DNA from: Mobula hypostoma
Taxonomy: Eukaryota
Direction of reading: 5' to 3'
Length of the DNA: 64,000 bases
NCBI RefSeq assembly: GCF_963921235.1
Contig: NC_086097.1
Location: 164,240,001 to 164,304,000, forward strand
The notes below the pieces were generated by a model. The model was not told the DNA's origin and searched no databases. It worked only from the letters and a program-made list of their open reading frames with translations. Positions within the stretch are counted from its first letter, which is position 1. Every line of letters begins with the position of its first letter. The translations under genes were made by a program, and so were the position numbers. Of this stretch, positions 51,631-61,971 are shown piece after piece.

Positions 51631-53149
51631 CTTTTGAACACTGGTGTCATATACATAAGAGAATATTGGCCACTAGTTGTACTCAACATACTCTGTTTCA
51701 CTGGAGTTACGGGGCTATAACCAGTGGCCAATATCCTCACAAGCATTTAACCTACTCACAAAGGTGAAGATATTATCACACAGCACAATAGATCACTGAT
51801 ATTCAAATTGACTGCAGGGGCAACCAGTTATGTTGGCTCCGGCAGGCTCTGCACTGGCATGTACAGAGGGATGTTGATCCTGACAAATGCTGGCAGAACC
51901 ACAAGGTATTTCTGGCATTTCCCTTCTTCATTAACAGAAAGCCAGTTATGCATGGCAAGCATGCTGAATGGAGAGTCCCGGACTTGGTGATAGGGGTTCG
52001 CTGGGGCTGTGCTGCTTGCAGTCCGCTGACGAACTCGTCCCAGAGTCCAGCATTAGATTGGCAACTCCTTGCAATTCCCAGAATTTGTTCTAAACTTGAA
52101 TCAAATTAGTCCTGTGCAGGAACAGTAAAACCAATCACTTAAATGGAGAAGACTGGATGTGATGGAGAAAGGCGAGTTGTGATTATTTTACATACTGTTT
52201 TTAGTGTTTTATAGAGCTTTGAGTTCTTAAGATTGTAATTATTGTTCAGTTTTGAATAATTGCTGAATGTTCCTAAACTTCAGGGGCATTAACAAAAGAT
52301 TAACATATTTTGGCCAGGTGACAAACTTTTTTTTTGTATCCCGCTGGTGGTGCTTGTACTGGTCCCGGCACAAAATGAGATTTATAAAGAGCATGCTATG
52401 GGGTCCACACATTACTGTGGGTTCAGCAGGCTGGTGCATGGGGAGCTCAGGCAACCCACCACTGCCAGGAACATCTGGCCTGATAAATACCAGGCGAGTT
52501 TCCAGATGTAATTCAGTATGGAGCTGATTGAGATGCAAATCTGCTTATATTCAGCCATGCTCATAAAATCTCAGTACAAATCCAGCGATAGATTTTTTTT
52601 ATATAGCTGCTGTCCTTTTTTTAATAGTACAATATAACAGCAATTCAAAAATTTATTTTTTATGCCAGAAAACCAGTTGATAAAAAAGTAAGCCAAAGTG
52701 GACATCAGAAAAGTTCCAGCAGTTATTGTGTAAAATATTTCCCTCAACAAAATCAAAGATGCTTCTATATCTCTATTCCTTACAAGTTTCTTAAAGTTGG
52801 GCAACAACATACTAAGCATTTCCCATTGTTGAAAATAATTGGTTTGGGCATGGCAAATATAATTTATTTTGTTTATTTATTTATTTGGAGATACAGTCTG
52901 GTAACAGTTCCTCACTGACACTTTAGCCATTAAAGTTAAATGGCAGAAGTTACTTGAAAGTCACAGTCGTGGCTTGGGAGATAGGCTATTTGGCATCAAC
53001 ATGGAAACAGATGGACGTCCATTATGAAGAGCAGCTTAAAACAGTGGTTGATGGTAACCCAAGTGCCTTTCAGGAAAAAAAAGGCTGCCTTGATCCTGTT
53101 ACTGTAAGTGCTTGCATTTACATAGTATCTTTAACATGCTAAATCCAAA

Positions 53150-53640
53150 CCAAATCAGATTCAGGTTTAATATCATTGGCATATTGTTTTGTGGCAGCAA
53201 TACATTACAATACAGAATAAAAAGTATAAATTACAATCAGAAGTATATTTAAAAAAATAAAATTTCAGTTAAATAAGTAGTGCAAAAGGAGAGGAGAAAA
53301 AACACTGAGGCAGTGTTCATGGGTTCATTGTCCATTCATAAATCTGATGGCAGAGAAGAATAAACTGAAACACTGAGTTTGTATCTTCAGTCTCCTGTGG
53401 ACTTTTTGTATGGCTCTGAATCACCGGTCTTGAATGACACAGATTTAACCCTTAACGGACTAAGAATCCCCTGGTTCATTCACAACTTTTGGTTTGAGTA
53501 TGTCCAGTATGTTCTCGAAGTCATTCACTCATTCACACAGGTCTTGATGAAGTCAGTGACAACTGTGACGTATTCATTCAGACACAAAAAATAAATCCCT
53601 GAATAACGTTCAGATCACTGACTCAAAGCGCATTCCTTGA
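53150..53640 (-). mobile_element. Rex1-type LINE fragments (tail plus internal piece)
   Basis: Tail shared with 47905-48054; minus strand LNEYVTVVTDFIKTCVNE..NQKLWMNQ. Confidence 0.6.
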
Positions 53641-53789
53641 TCCTCACCACTGATGTTGCAGCTCTTTACAAGGTCATAAGATGCTGATTGCCAGTGCCAT
53701 AGACAGTAACTACCTAAAGGGGAACATTGTCAATGCCGTTTAACTATCATTTAAGTATATCATGGTACAGTTCAGAAACTACTCACTTA

Positions 53790-54110
53790 TCCTTATGAAC
53801 ACTCTGATGTTAGCAGAGCAGAAGCAGTGCTGCTCTGTCAGTGATGCTGTGAAATCAAAGTACTATCTGCTTTCCCAGGTAAATGCAAAATGACCCACAG
53901 CACTGTTGGAAAAAGAGCAGGGGTGTTCTTCGCAGAATCTGGACCAATACTTAATTCAACCAGCCCCATTTAAGCAGGTCACCATAACTTCCTTGCAGTT
54001 AATGCTGAGGCATTTCCAATATTCCAGTAGTAATTACGCTTCAAAACCTTTTGCTTAATTGCAAGGAACTTGGTTTGTTAAAGGCGCTGTAAAAATGCAA
54101 GTGTTGCTTT
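53790..54110 (+). mobile_element. Deu-domain SINE (SacSINE1/AmnSINE1-related), old
   Basis: gtgctgctctgtcagtgatgctgt..cccaggtaaatgcaaaatgacccacagcactgttggaaaaagagcaggggtgttct resembles the Deu core as recalled; L2-type tail aaaggcgctgtaaaaatgcaagt. Confidence 0.55.
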
Positions 54111-54555
54111 CTCATTGAGCAGGAGCACATATGGTAGTCATTAGTGTAATTTACTATAGATTGTTGTTATGTATCCCCGGGAAATGTATGAAATCAGGCA
54201 TGCATGGCATTTAACAAGTAATGCACTGTGGCGTAATTTGTTTCCTGAAAGCAATTTAAACAAAATAGTTCTTAATTAGGGTAAAACTACCAGCACTTCA
54301 TAATATAAAATGTAGTCAATTTGCATATGTAAAATCAACTATTGGAGTCACAAATCTAGAGATGGAAAGTGAATATAAATTATACAGGGACGATTTATTT
54401 TTCAACTCCAAAACGCTTGCAGGGTTTAAAATAATTAAAGGTGAATGGTGAATGTTTGCCTGCTGAGCTTGGAATACAAGTGCTGCCCTGATCATCAGAT
54501 ATTCTACTTATGAGAGTCAATTCTCCTGGCATTCCCCTCACTGTAATTGTCATGT

Positions 54556-54841
54556 TGTGGCGACCCACTTTCTGGCACCCACAAACCAGCTCACAACAGC
54601 GCGCGCAGGCAGAGGGCCGGCCCCAAAAAGGGCGCCAGGCCATCTTCACCAGCAGGGGGAAAATCCCGTGTGCGGAAAGGGTCTGGGAATATGCATTCCC
54701 CACAGCAATCCCGCCCCAGAGAGGGCGGGAACGGGAAGGCTTTAAAGCGGGCCGCGAAGTCTGAATAAATCTTTTTCATCGCAACTCTAACTCACCGACT
54801 CCGTGTGGTTATTCTAGCGCTGTGTGTAGCACACCGCTACA
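54556..54841 (+). repeat. 5' LTR (286 bp)
   Basis: tgtggcg..ccgctaca; ~96% identical to 57868-58152; TTTAAA TATA-like box and AATAAA. Confidence 0.95.
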
Positions 54842-54843
54842 AT

Positions 54844-54857
54844 TGGTGACCCCGACG
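54844..54857 (+). promoter_or_regulatory. Primer binding site, tRNA-Trp
   Basis: TGGTGACCCCGACG equals the first 14 nt of the tRNA-Trp PBS known from avian sarcoma/leukosis virus. Confidence 0.9.
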
Positions 54858-54881
54858 GCCCAAACGATATTTGGACCAGAG

Positions 54882-55586
54882 ATGACCGACGCTGCATCTG
54901 TTCACACAGTTTTGTTAAAACTGCCACGCTTCTGGACGCTGCGACCCCAATTATGGTTCGAACAAGCAGAAGCACAATTCCACATTCGGCAGATAACCTC
55001 GGAGTCCACTCGCTACTACTACGTGCTGAGCTCACTCGACCAGGAGACTGCTGCACAAGTTGAGGAGTTTATACAGTTGCCCCCGGAGGACGGCAAATAC
55101 ACAGCATTCAAAGCCCTGCTCATAAGGACTTTCGGACTCTCACGGCGCGAACGAGCACGCCGCTTAATGCACCTGGATGGTTTGGGAGACAGGCCGCCGT
55201 CAGCATTAATGAACGAGATGCTGGCCCTGGCTGAAGGACACAAACCCTGCCTCATGTTTGAGCAGGCGTTCCTAGAGCAACTGCCCGAGGATATATGCCT
55301 GCTGCTGTCCGACGCAGATTTCAGCAATCCCCGGGAGGTGGCGACCCGAGCAGATGTGCTGTGGAATGCCAGGAAAGAGAGAGGGGCATCCGTCGCACAG
55401 ATCACCAAGCCGTGTGCCCAACGACAGACCAGACCAGGCCGGGCAGCAGAGCCTACAAAACCCGGCGACGGGAGTGAGGAGCCCAACGAACAATGGTGTT
55501 TCTACCACCAGCAGTGGGGCACAGAGGCCCGCCGCTGTAGACCACCCTGCAAATTCCCGGGAAACGCCAGGGCCAGCCGCCGCTGA
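54882..55586 (+). CDS. gag: Gypsy Gag (uninterrupted ORF) with CHCC zinc knuckle
   Basis: LKLPRFW..PQLWFEQAEAQF N-terminus; CFYHQQWGTEARRCRPPC = Cx2Hx9Cx3C; ends after G GGA AAC slippery site. Confidence 0.85.
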   Translation: MTDAASVHTVLLKLPRFWTLRPQLWFEQAEAQFHIRQITSESTRYYYVLSSLDQETAAQVEEFIQLPPEDGKYTAFKALLIRTFGLSRRERARRLMHLDGLGDRPPSALMNEMLALAEGHKPCLMFEQAFLEQLPEDICLLLSDADFSNPREVATRADVLWNARKERGASVAQITKPCAQRQTRPGRAAEPTKPGDGSEEPNEQWCFYHQQWGTEARRCRPPCKFPGNARASRR

Positions 55587-58020
55587 TGGCTACGGCGGCT
55601 GGCCATCAGGACAGCCTCCTGTACGTCTGGGACAAGCAGTTGGGACGCCGCTTTTTGGTCAACACCGGAGCGGAGATCTGCGTCTTACCTCCAACGAGTT
55701 ACGACACCCGCAACAGAGAACCGGGACCCACCCTGAGGGCCGCTAATGGCAGCACAATACGAACCTACGGCACCCGCATGATGCGGCTACAGTTCAGCTC
55801 CAGCCAGTTCACGTGGGACTTCACACTGGCCGCCGTGGCCCAACCACTGCTGGGGGCAGATTTTCTACGAGCCCACAGCCTGCTGGTCGACTTGCAAGGG
55901 AAGCAACACACATCAAAGTTGCTGGTGATTACTAAAGACGGGGCAACCCCGCTGCCGGCCAAGGTAGACGCGGTTCGCCACTTCCCCTGACCCAACACAA
56001 TCAAAGGCTTGCAGGAATTCGTGGGTATGGTGAATTTCTACCACCGTTTCCTCCCCTCAGCAGCCCAAACCATGCGACCCCTGTTCACTCTAATGTTGGG
56101 TAAGGGCAAGGACATTACTTGGGACGAAGAGGCCACAACTGCTTTCGTTAAAACCAAAGAGGCCTTGGCAAACGCCGCAATGCTAGTGCACCCCAGAACG
56201 GACATTCCTACTGCCCTCACGGTGGACGCATCCAACACAGCGGTCGGTGGAGTGCTGGAACAACTCATCGAGGGCCGCTGGCAACCCCTGGCGTTCTTCA
56301 GCAAACACCTACGACCACCTGAACTCAAATACAGTGCTTTCAACCGGGAGCTATCGGCACTATACCTGGCAATCCGGCATTTCAGGTACTTCTTAGAAGG
56401 TAGGCCCTTCACCATGTTCACAGACCACAAACCGCTTACCTTTGCGTTCACGAAGGTGTCGGACCCCGGTCGTCCCGCCAGCAGCGACATCTGTCCTACA
56501 TCTCCGAGTACACGACGGACATCCGGCATGTCTCTGGAAAGGACAACGTCGTGGCGGACGCACTATCCAGACCTACCATACAGGCCCTGTCCCAAGGGGT
56601 GGACTGTGCAGCGCTGGCAGAGGCACAGCAGGCAGACGCTGAGATCCCCAGTTACAGGACTGCAGTCTCCGGTTTACAGCTCCAAGACCTCCCCGTAGGC
56701 CCAGCTGAGAGGACCCTACTATGTGACGTACCTACCGGCCAACCCCGCCCCGTCATCCCAGCAGCCTGGCGCCGGCGGGTTTTCGAGTCCATTCACAACT
56801 TAGCGCACCCCTCCATCAGGACAACTGTCCGGCTGGTCGCCAACAGGTTCGTGTGGCATGGACTGCGTAAACAGGTCAGTGAATGGGCCAAAACGTGTAT
56901 GCAGTGCCAAACGGCCAAGGTGCAGCGGCACACCAAGGCTCCGCCACAGCGGTTCGAACCCACCCGCCGGAGGTTCGACCACATCCATGTGGGTATCGTG
57001 GGGCCCCTGCCAGTGTCACGAGGAGCGCGGTACCTCCTAACTATGGTAGACCGGTTCACCAGATGGCCAGAGGCAGTCCCGCTCACCGACACCACCTCCG
57101 AATCCTGCGCCCGAGCACTGATCGCAACCTGGGTAGCACGCTTTGGGGTACCGGCCCACATTACCTCCGACAGGGGCGCCCAGTTCACCTCCAGCCTGTG
57201 GTCGGCTATGGCCAGACTTTTAGGATCTCAGCTACACCACACAACTGCCTGCCACCCACAGTCGAACGGACTAGTGGAGCGCTTCCACCGTCACCTGAAA
57301 TCGGCTCTCATGGCCCGCCTGGAGGGGCCTAACTGGGTGGACGAGCTTCCCTGGGTCCTGCTCGGAATCCGCATGGTGCCCAAAGAGGATCTGCACACCT
57401 CGCCGGCTGAGTTGGTGTACGGCGCACCCCTGGTTGTCCCAGGAGAGTTCATACCAGCCCCAAGGGGGCAAGAGGAAGAACCCACAGCAGTCCTGGACAG
57501 ACTACGGGAGAGGCTTGGTAACCTGGCCCCCAAACCCACTTCACAGCACGGACAGAGCCCGACCTGCGTACCCAAAGACCTGCAGAACTGTAAGTTTCTT
57601 TTTGTACGACGGGGCGGACACCGGGCACCGCTACAGCGGCCCTACGAGGGGCCGTTTAAGGTGATCAGGAACAATGGGTCCACGTTCGTGCTGGACATTG
57701 GGGGGAGAGAGGAGGTTTTCACAGTGGACCGACTCAAATCTGCCCATGTGGACTTGGCGCAGCCGGTCCAGTCTCAGGCACGGCGGCGCAGGGGCAGACC
57801 TCCCAAACAGAGGCCGATCCAGACTGTGGACATTGGGGGAGGTATCGCCGGTTCTGGGAGGGGGTTATGTGGCGACCCCCTTTCTGGCACCCACGAACCG
57901 GCTCACAACAGCGCGCGCAGGCAGAGGGCCGGCCCCAAAAAGGGCGCCAGGCCATCTTCACCAGCAGGGGGAAAATCCCGCGCGCAGAAAGGGTCTGGGA
58001 ATATGCATTCCCCACAGTAG
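55559..58020 (+). pseudogene. pol: Gypsy pol: protease - (RT deleted) - RNase H - integrase
   Basis: -1 frame from gag; FLVNTGA (DTG to NTG), stop at 55988, TVDASN, TDHKPL, frameshift near 56467, HHCC, HVGIVGP (D to G), TSDRG, GLVERFH, GPF; last frame runs into the 3' LTR. Confidence 0.9.
57856..57864 (+). promoter_or_regulatory. Polypurine tract
   Basis: GGGAGGGGG ending 3 nt before the 3' LTR. Confidence 0.85.
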
Positions 58021-58152
58021 TCCCGCCCAGGGAGGGCGGGAACGGGAAGGCTTTCAAGCGGGCCGCGAAGTCTGAATAAATCTTTTTCATCGCAACTCTA
58101 ACTCACCGACTCCGTGTGGTTATTCTAGCGCTGTGTGTAGCACACCGCTACA
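57868..58152 (+). repeat. 3' LTR (285 bp)
   Basis: Direct repeat of 54556-54841. Confidence 0.95.
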
Positions 58153-58292
58153 ATGTCTAGCTTTATGTAGTGTAGGGTAAGCTGCAACCTATTGGTGTTT
58201 CTTGTATCAATTGACCTTGTTCATGTTTAGTGCAGATGAATGCAGAATGTTACCATTTTTGCAAGATGCAAATAAATAGATAGTATCAAGTA

Positions 58293-58547
58293 AGAGAAAA
58301 TCTGCAGACGCTGGAAATCCAAGCAACACACACAAAGTGCTGGAAGAACTCAGCAGGTCAGGCAGCATCTATGGAAAAAAGTACAGTCGATGTTTCAGGC
58401 CGAAACCCTTCGGCAGGACTGGAGAAATCACTCCTCATTTTTTTTTCTCAGTCCTGACAAAGGATCTCGGCCTGTAAAATTGACCGTACGTTTTTTCCCA
58501 TAGATGCTGCCTGGTCTGCTGTGTTCCTCCTGCATTTTGCGTGTGCT
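58293..58547. mobile_element. PLE-terminus-derived hairpin micro-element with a hammerhead motif on each arm
   Basis: Arms ~58322-58427 and ~58444-58547 are reverse complements (~80% by eye), 16-nt loop; taaatagata repeated at 58273 and 58547. Confidence 0.8.
58384..58422 (-). ncRNA. Hammerhead ribozyme motif, stem I intact, variant core
   Basis: Minus strand cagtc-CTGCCGA-a-gggtttcggcct-GAAA-ca-TC-gactg. Confidence 0.6.
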
Positions 58548-59037
58548 AAATAGATAAGTCTCTCCTGTTTTATAACTGAATTTATAAATGTGGTAAAGGC
58601 CCCAATGACCTTTCCTTTATATTCAGAATTTTGTGTGTACGTTTAGTCATACAGCAAGGAAGCAGACCCGTTATCCCAAATGGGTCAGTCCATGCCGTCC
58701 AAAATGTCCTATTCAAATTAGGTTTATTTGCCAGTGTTTGACTCCTAATCTTCTCAAACTTACCTATCCACATACTTGTCCAACTGTCTTTTAAAAGTTG
58801 TTTTTGTAGGTGCCACAATCACTTTCTCTGTCAGCTAGCTCATCCCACCCTTTATGTAAAATAAAGCCCCTCAAGTTCTTATTAAATTCGTTCTTGATTC
58901 CCCAACCTTGGAAAAAGTCTGAGTGTTTTTACCCTATCGACATCCCTCATGATTTTATTATCCTTCATGAAGTAACCTCACAGCCTCCTACATTCCAAGG
59001 ACTAATTTCCTGGCCTGAACAACCACAAGTCCTGACA

Positions 59038-59245
59038 TTTATTTATTGAGATACAATGTGGAATAGGCCCTTCGAGACTTTTGAGCCATGCTGCCCAGCA
59101 ATACCCCAATTTAAATTAGAGCTGAATCACAGGACAATTTACAATGATCATTTAACCTACCAACCAGTACGTCTTTGGACTGTGGAAGGAAACCAGAATA
59201 CCCGGAGGAAACCCTCACAGTCACGGGGAGAACGTACAGACTGTT
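59038..59245 (-). mobile_element. SINE (V-SINE/HE1-like body with CR1-type tail)
   Basis: gtctttggactgtggaaggaaaccagaatacccggaggaaaccctcacagtcacggggagaacgtaca is the typical reverse-complement body. Confidence 0.65.
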
Positions 59246-61239
59246 AGACTGAGACACTCGTTTCTGTGCTGTCTTACTCTTTAATTAAGAGAAATATCCA
59301 ATATTCCTGTTTAGTCAGCTTATTAAACTTTGCTGTTGGTTTTAAGGGCCTTTGGAAATACATTTGGAGGTGCCTCTGTCCTTTAACTGTGTGATGGCAC
59401 CTTTATCAGTGTGGTATGCTGCTGCTTCCACAGTCAACAGCAGTCAATTGCGTGTCCCAGTCCAAGGCTTGAACTTGCAACCTTCTCACAGGCACACTGC
59501 CAACTACTGGTGTGGAACCTTACATTATAATCTGTATTGTATATGCAAGGGGAATGATATTTCATTCCATTTGAGTGCCTGTTCAGGTATCAGAGTGCTG
59601 GAAACCTTCGGAAATCCAAGTGCCAAAATAAGCGGAATAGTCTGGTTCACCACTGACCCTACGTGATGTGGAATTGCTTCCAAGGAAAACAGCTTTGCAA
59701 GTCAACAATAAGCAGGAATGGCTGCCAAGGAACAGAACAAAGGAATGGAGATTACTTTAATGTCTATCTTATGCTAAAATAACAGAGGTGATGAATACTA
59801 ATGAAGGAATGCAGAAAATGCATAACAAAGAAATTGCATCAATCAGTTTTTTAATATTAAAAAATCAAAGAACTTGTTAAAGATAACAGTATGAAAGTAA
59901 TTTCACAAACAGCTTTGGTGGAACTGATTAACATGTTATTTTTGTAATACTTATTAAGTGCAACATTAAAGGAAAAATGCTTTCAAAACCATTCATTTCC
60001 ATCAATTCGGGCAGAAAGTAAAGCATTAATATTTCAAGAGGTAGTATGCTTCAATAGAAAGCAAGGCACCAAAGATTAAGTTTACTTCAGTGTAACCAGT
60101 TTTGGGATCAAACAGCAAAGACAAGCTGCTAATGAGTGCTCTGGAGAGACATCGAACCGCACAAAATGGTACAATATTGTGGAAAGAGAAAGAGCTTCAG
60201 AACTTTGCTTTTATGGAGTTCAACAGAATTCAAATGTTTCCATGGATAGTGCTCTGTTATGGATCACGTGGTGCCTCCGGGTTCCTTCTGGTTAGTACAG
60301 ACCTGCTTTAATTGGGGTAGTGGAAAGTTAGATTTGAAGGCTTCAGATCAAGGCAAATCTCAGCAGTGTAGAACCACAAGTAGGAGTTCTTTGAGGAGCC
60401 CATGCTTTACAGCGGTCTCAGAGACTCTACTATTGAATAATTCTGTAATTAATGCAGCGATGCAATTGATCTACTCTTCCTATAAGTTTTTAGCCCTCTC
60501 ATATATATGTAACAGTGAGGGAAATATTGATGGAGAATAGATGGAACTCATAAAATGACGGTACCATAATGTTGTGCCTTTAGGTTTGCTCCATTTGTGA
60601 TTTCCTCTGTAGAACTGCATTGTCCCTGAATTTATACCTACTTCAGTTGGCAACCGTATCTCCAGTGCCAGGACTGAACATAAGTAATAAGCTTTTAGAT
60701 CTATGCTCAGACTCATAGCTCTTTAATAGAATAACAAATTCAGAACAAAGGCATGGAACAGCAACATCATTATTTCTTTATCAATGTGAATATTTTATGT
60801 ATCAAGTTTTTTTAATGATTTGATGGGAAAGTTTTTGTCTATTAAGGTGAAAAGTGATCAAGCATGGTCATAGGATAATAGAAAATTTGCAACACTCAAG
60901 GAGGCCATTCGTTCTATCGTGGTGACGACAGCTGAGAAAGAACAAACCTGCCTGATTCCATTTTGCACTTGATCTTCCAACTTTCATTTTCATTTTGGGT
61001 TTTCATCTCCAGACCTCCAAATACTTCCGGAGGGGTCATCTTCCCTCATCTCCCTTTTAATCCTGTGATCAACTATCCCTGGTCTGGGCTCCCTAGTTGT
61101 TGATCCACTTGCAATTCTTCATCCTTAAACATACGCGCAGATTTGGGGATCAATTAATAAATATTGCATTTCGATATGTCTTTACATACAGTTCCATTTT
61201 CATTGAAGTGCAAAATTACAAGAATCAGACTGTTTAGAT

Positions 61240-61935
61240 CGTAAGTCATGGGAGCAGAATTAAGCCATTCAGTCCATCAAGCCTGCCCACCATTCAATTA
61301 AGACAGATTGTTTCCCCCTCAGCTCCATTCTCCTGCCTTTTCCCTGTATCCTTTGATGCCCTTACTAATCAAGAATCTATAAGCTTTTGTTTTTAATATT
61401 CTCAATGACTTGGCCTCCACTGCCATCTGTGGCAATGAATTCCATAAATTCACCACCTTCTGGCTAAAAAAGAATTCCTCATCTCTGTTCTGAAGGGATG
61501 TCCTTCTATTCTGAGGCTGTGCCCTCTGGTCCTAGACTCTCCCACTATTGGAAACATCCTTTCCACATCCAATTTATCTTTCAATATAAATTAGGTTTCA
61601 TTGAGATTCCCTCCCACCCTTATTCTTCTAAATTCCAGCGAGTACAGGCCTAGAACCATAAAAAGATCCTCAACTGTTAACCATTACAGTCCTTCCCTTC
61701 CCAGAATCATTCTTGTCAACTTCATCCTCTGGATCCTCTCCAATGCCAGCACATCCCTTCATAGATATGGGGTGCAAAACTGCTCACAATACTCCAAATG
61801 TGGACTGACCGATGCCTTATAAAGCTTCAGTATTACATCCTTGCTTTTATATTCCCGTTCTCTCAAAATGAATGATAACATTGGATTCACCTTCCTTACT
61901 ACTGACTCAACCTGCAAATTAGCCTTTAGTTTAAT
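61240..61935 (-). mobile_element. CR1 3' portion
   Basis: LQVESVVRKVNPML..LYKASVSPHLEYCEQF; CR1 3' UTR. Confidence 0.82.
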
Positions 61936-61971
61936 CTGAAACATGAGAACATCTGTAGATGTTGGATATCC

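Larger units (their letters stand above)
54556..58152 (+). mobile_element. Ty3/Gypsy LTR retrotransposon, CsRn1/Kabuki lineage, RT-deleted
   Basis: TG..CA LTRs, 4-bp TSD ATGT (54552-54555, 58153-58156), tRNA-Trp PBS, PPT, gag with CHCC, protease, RNase H, integrase; no YxDD RT core. Confidence 0.95.

Noticed and set aside
51938..51990. Acceptor-like site (tttcccttcttcattaacAG) that would add ESQLCMASMLNGESRTW* after the 37-nt exon
   Set aside because: No similarity to PTP sequence and no supporting donor or poly(A) evidence; such acceptors are common by chance
52020..52055. CTGACGA followed by a small hairpin (actc..gagt), hammerhead-like
   Set aside because: No GAAA after the stem and no stem I/III; not a hammerhead
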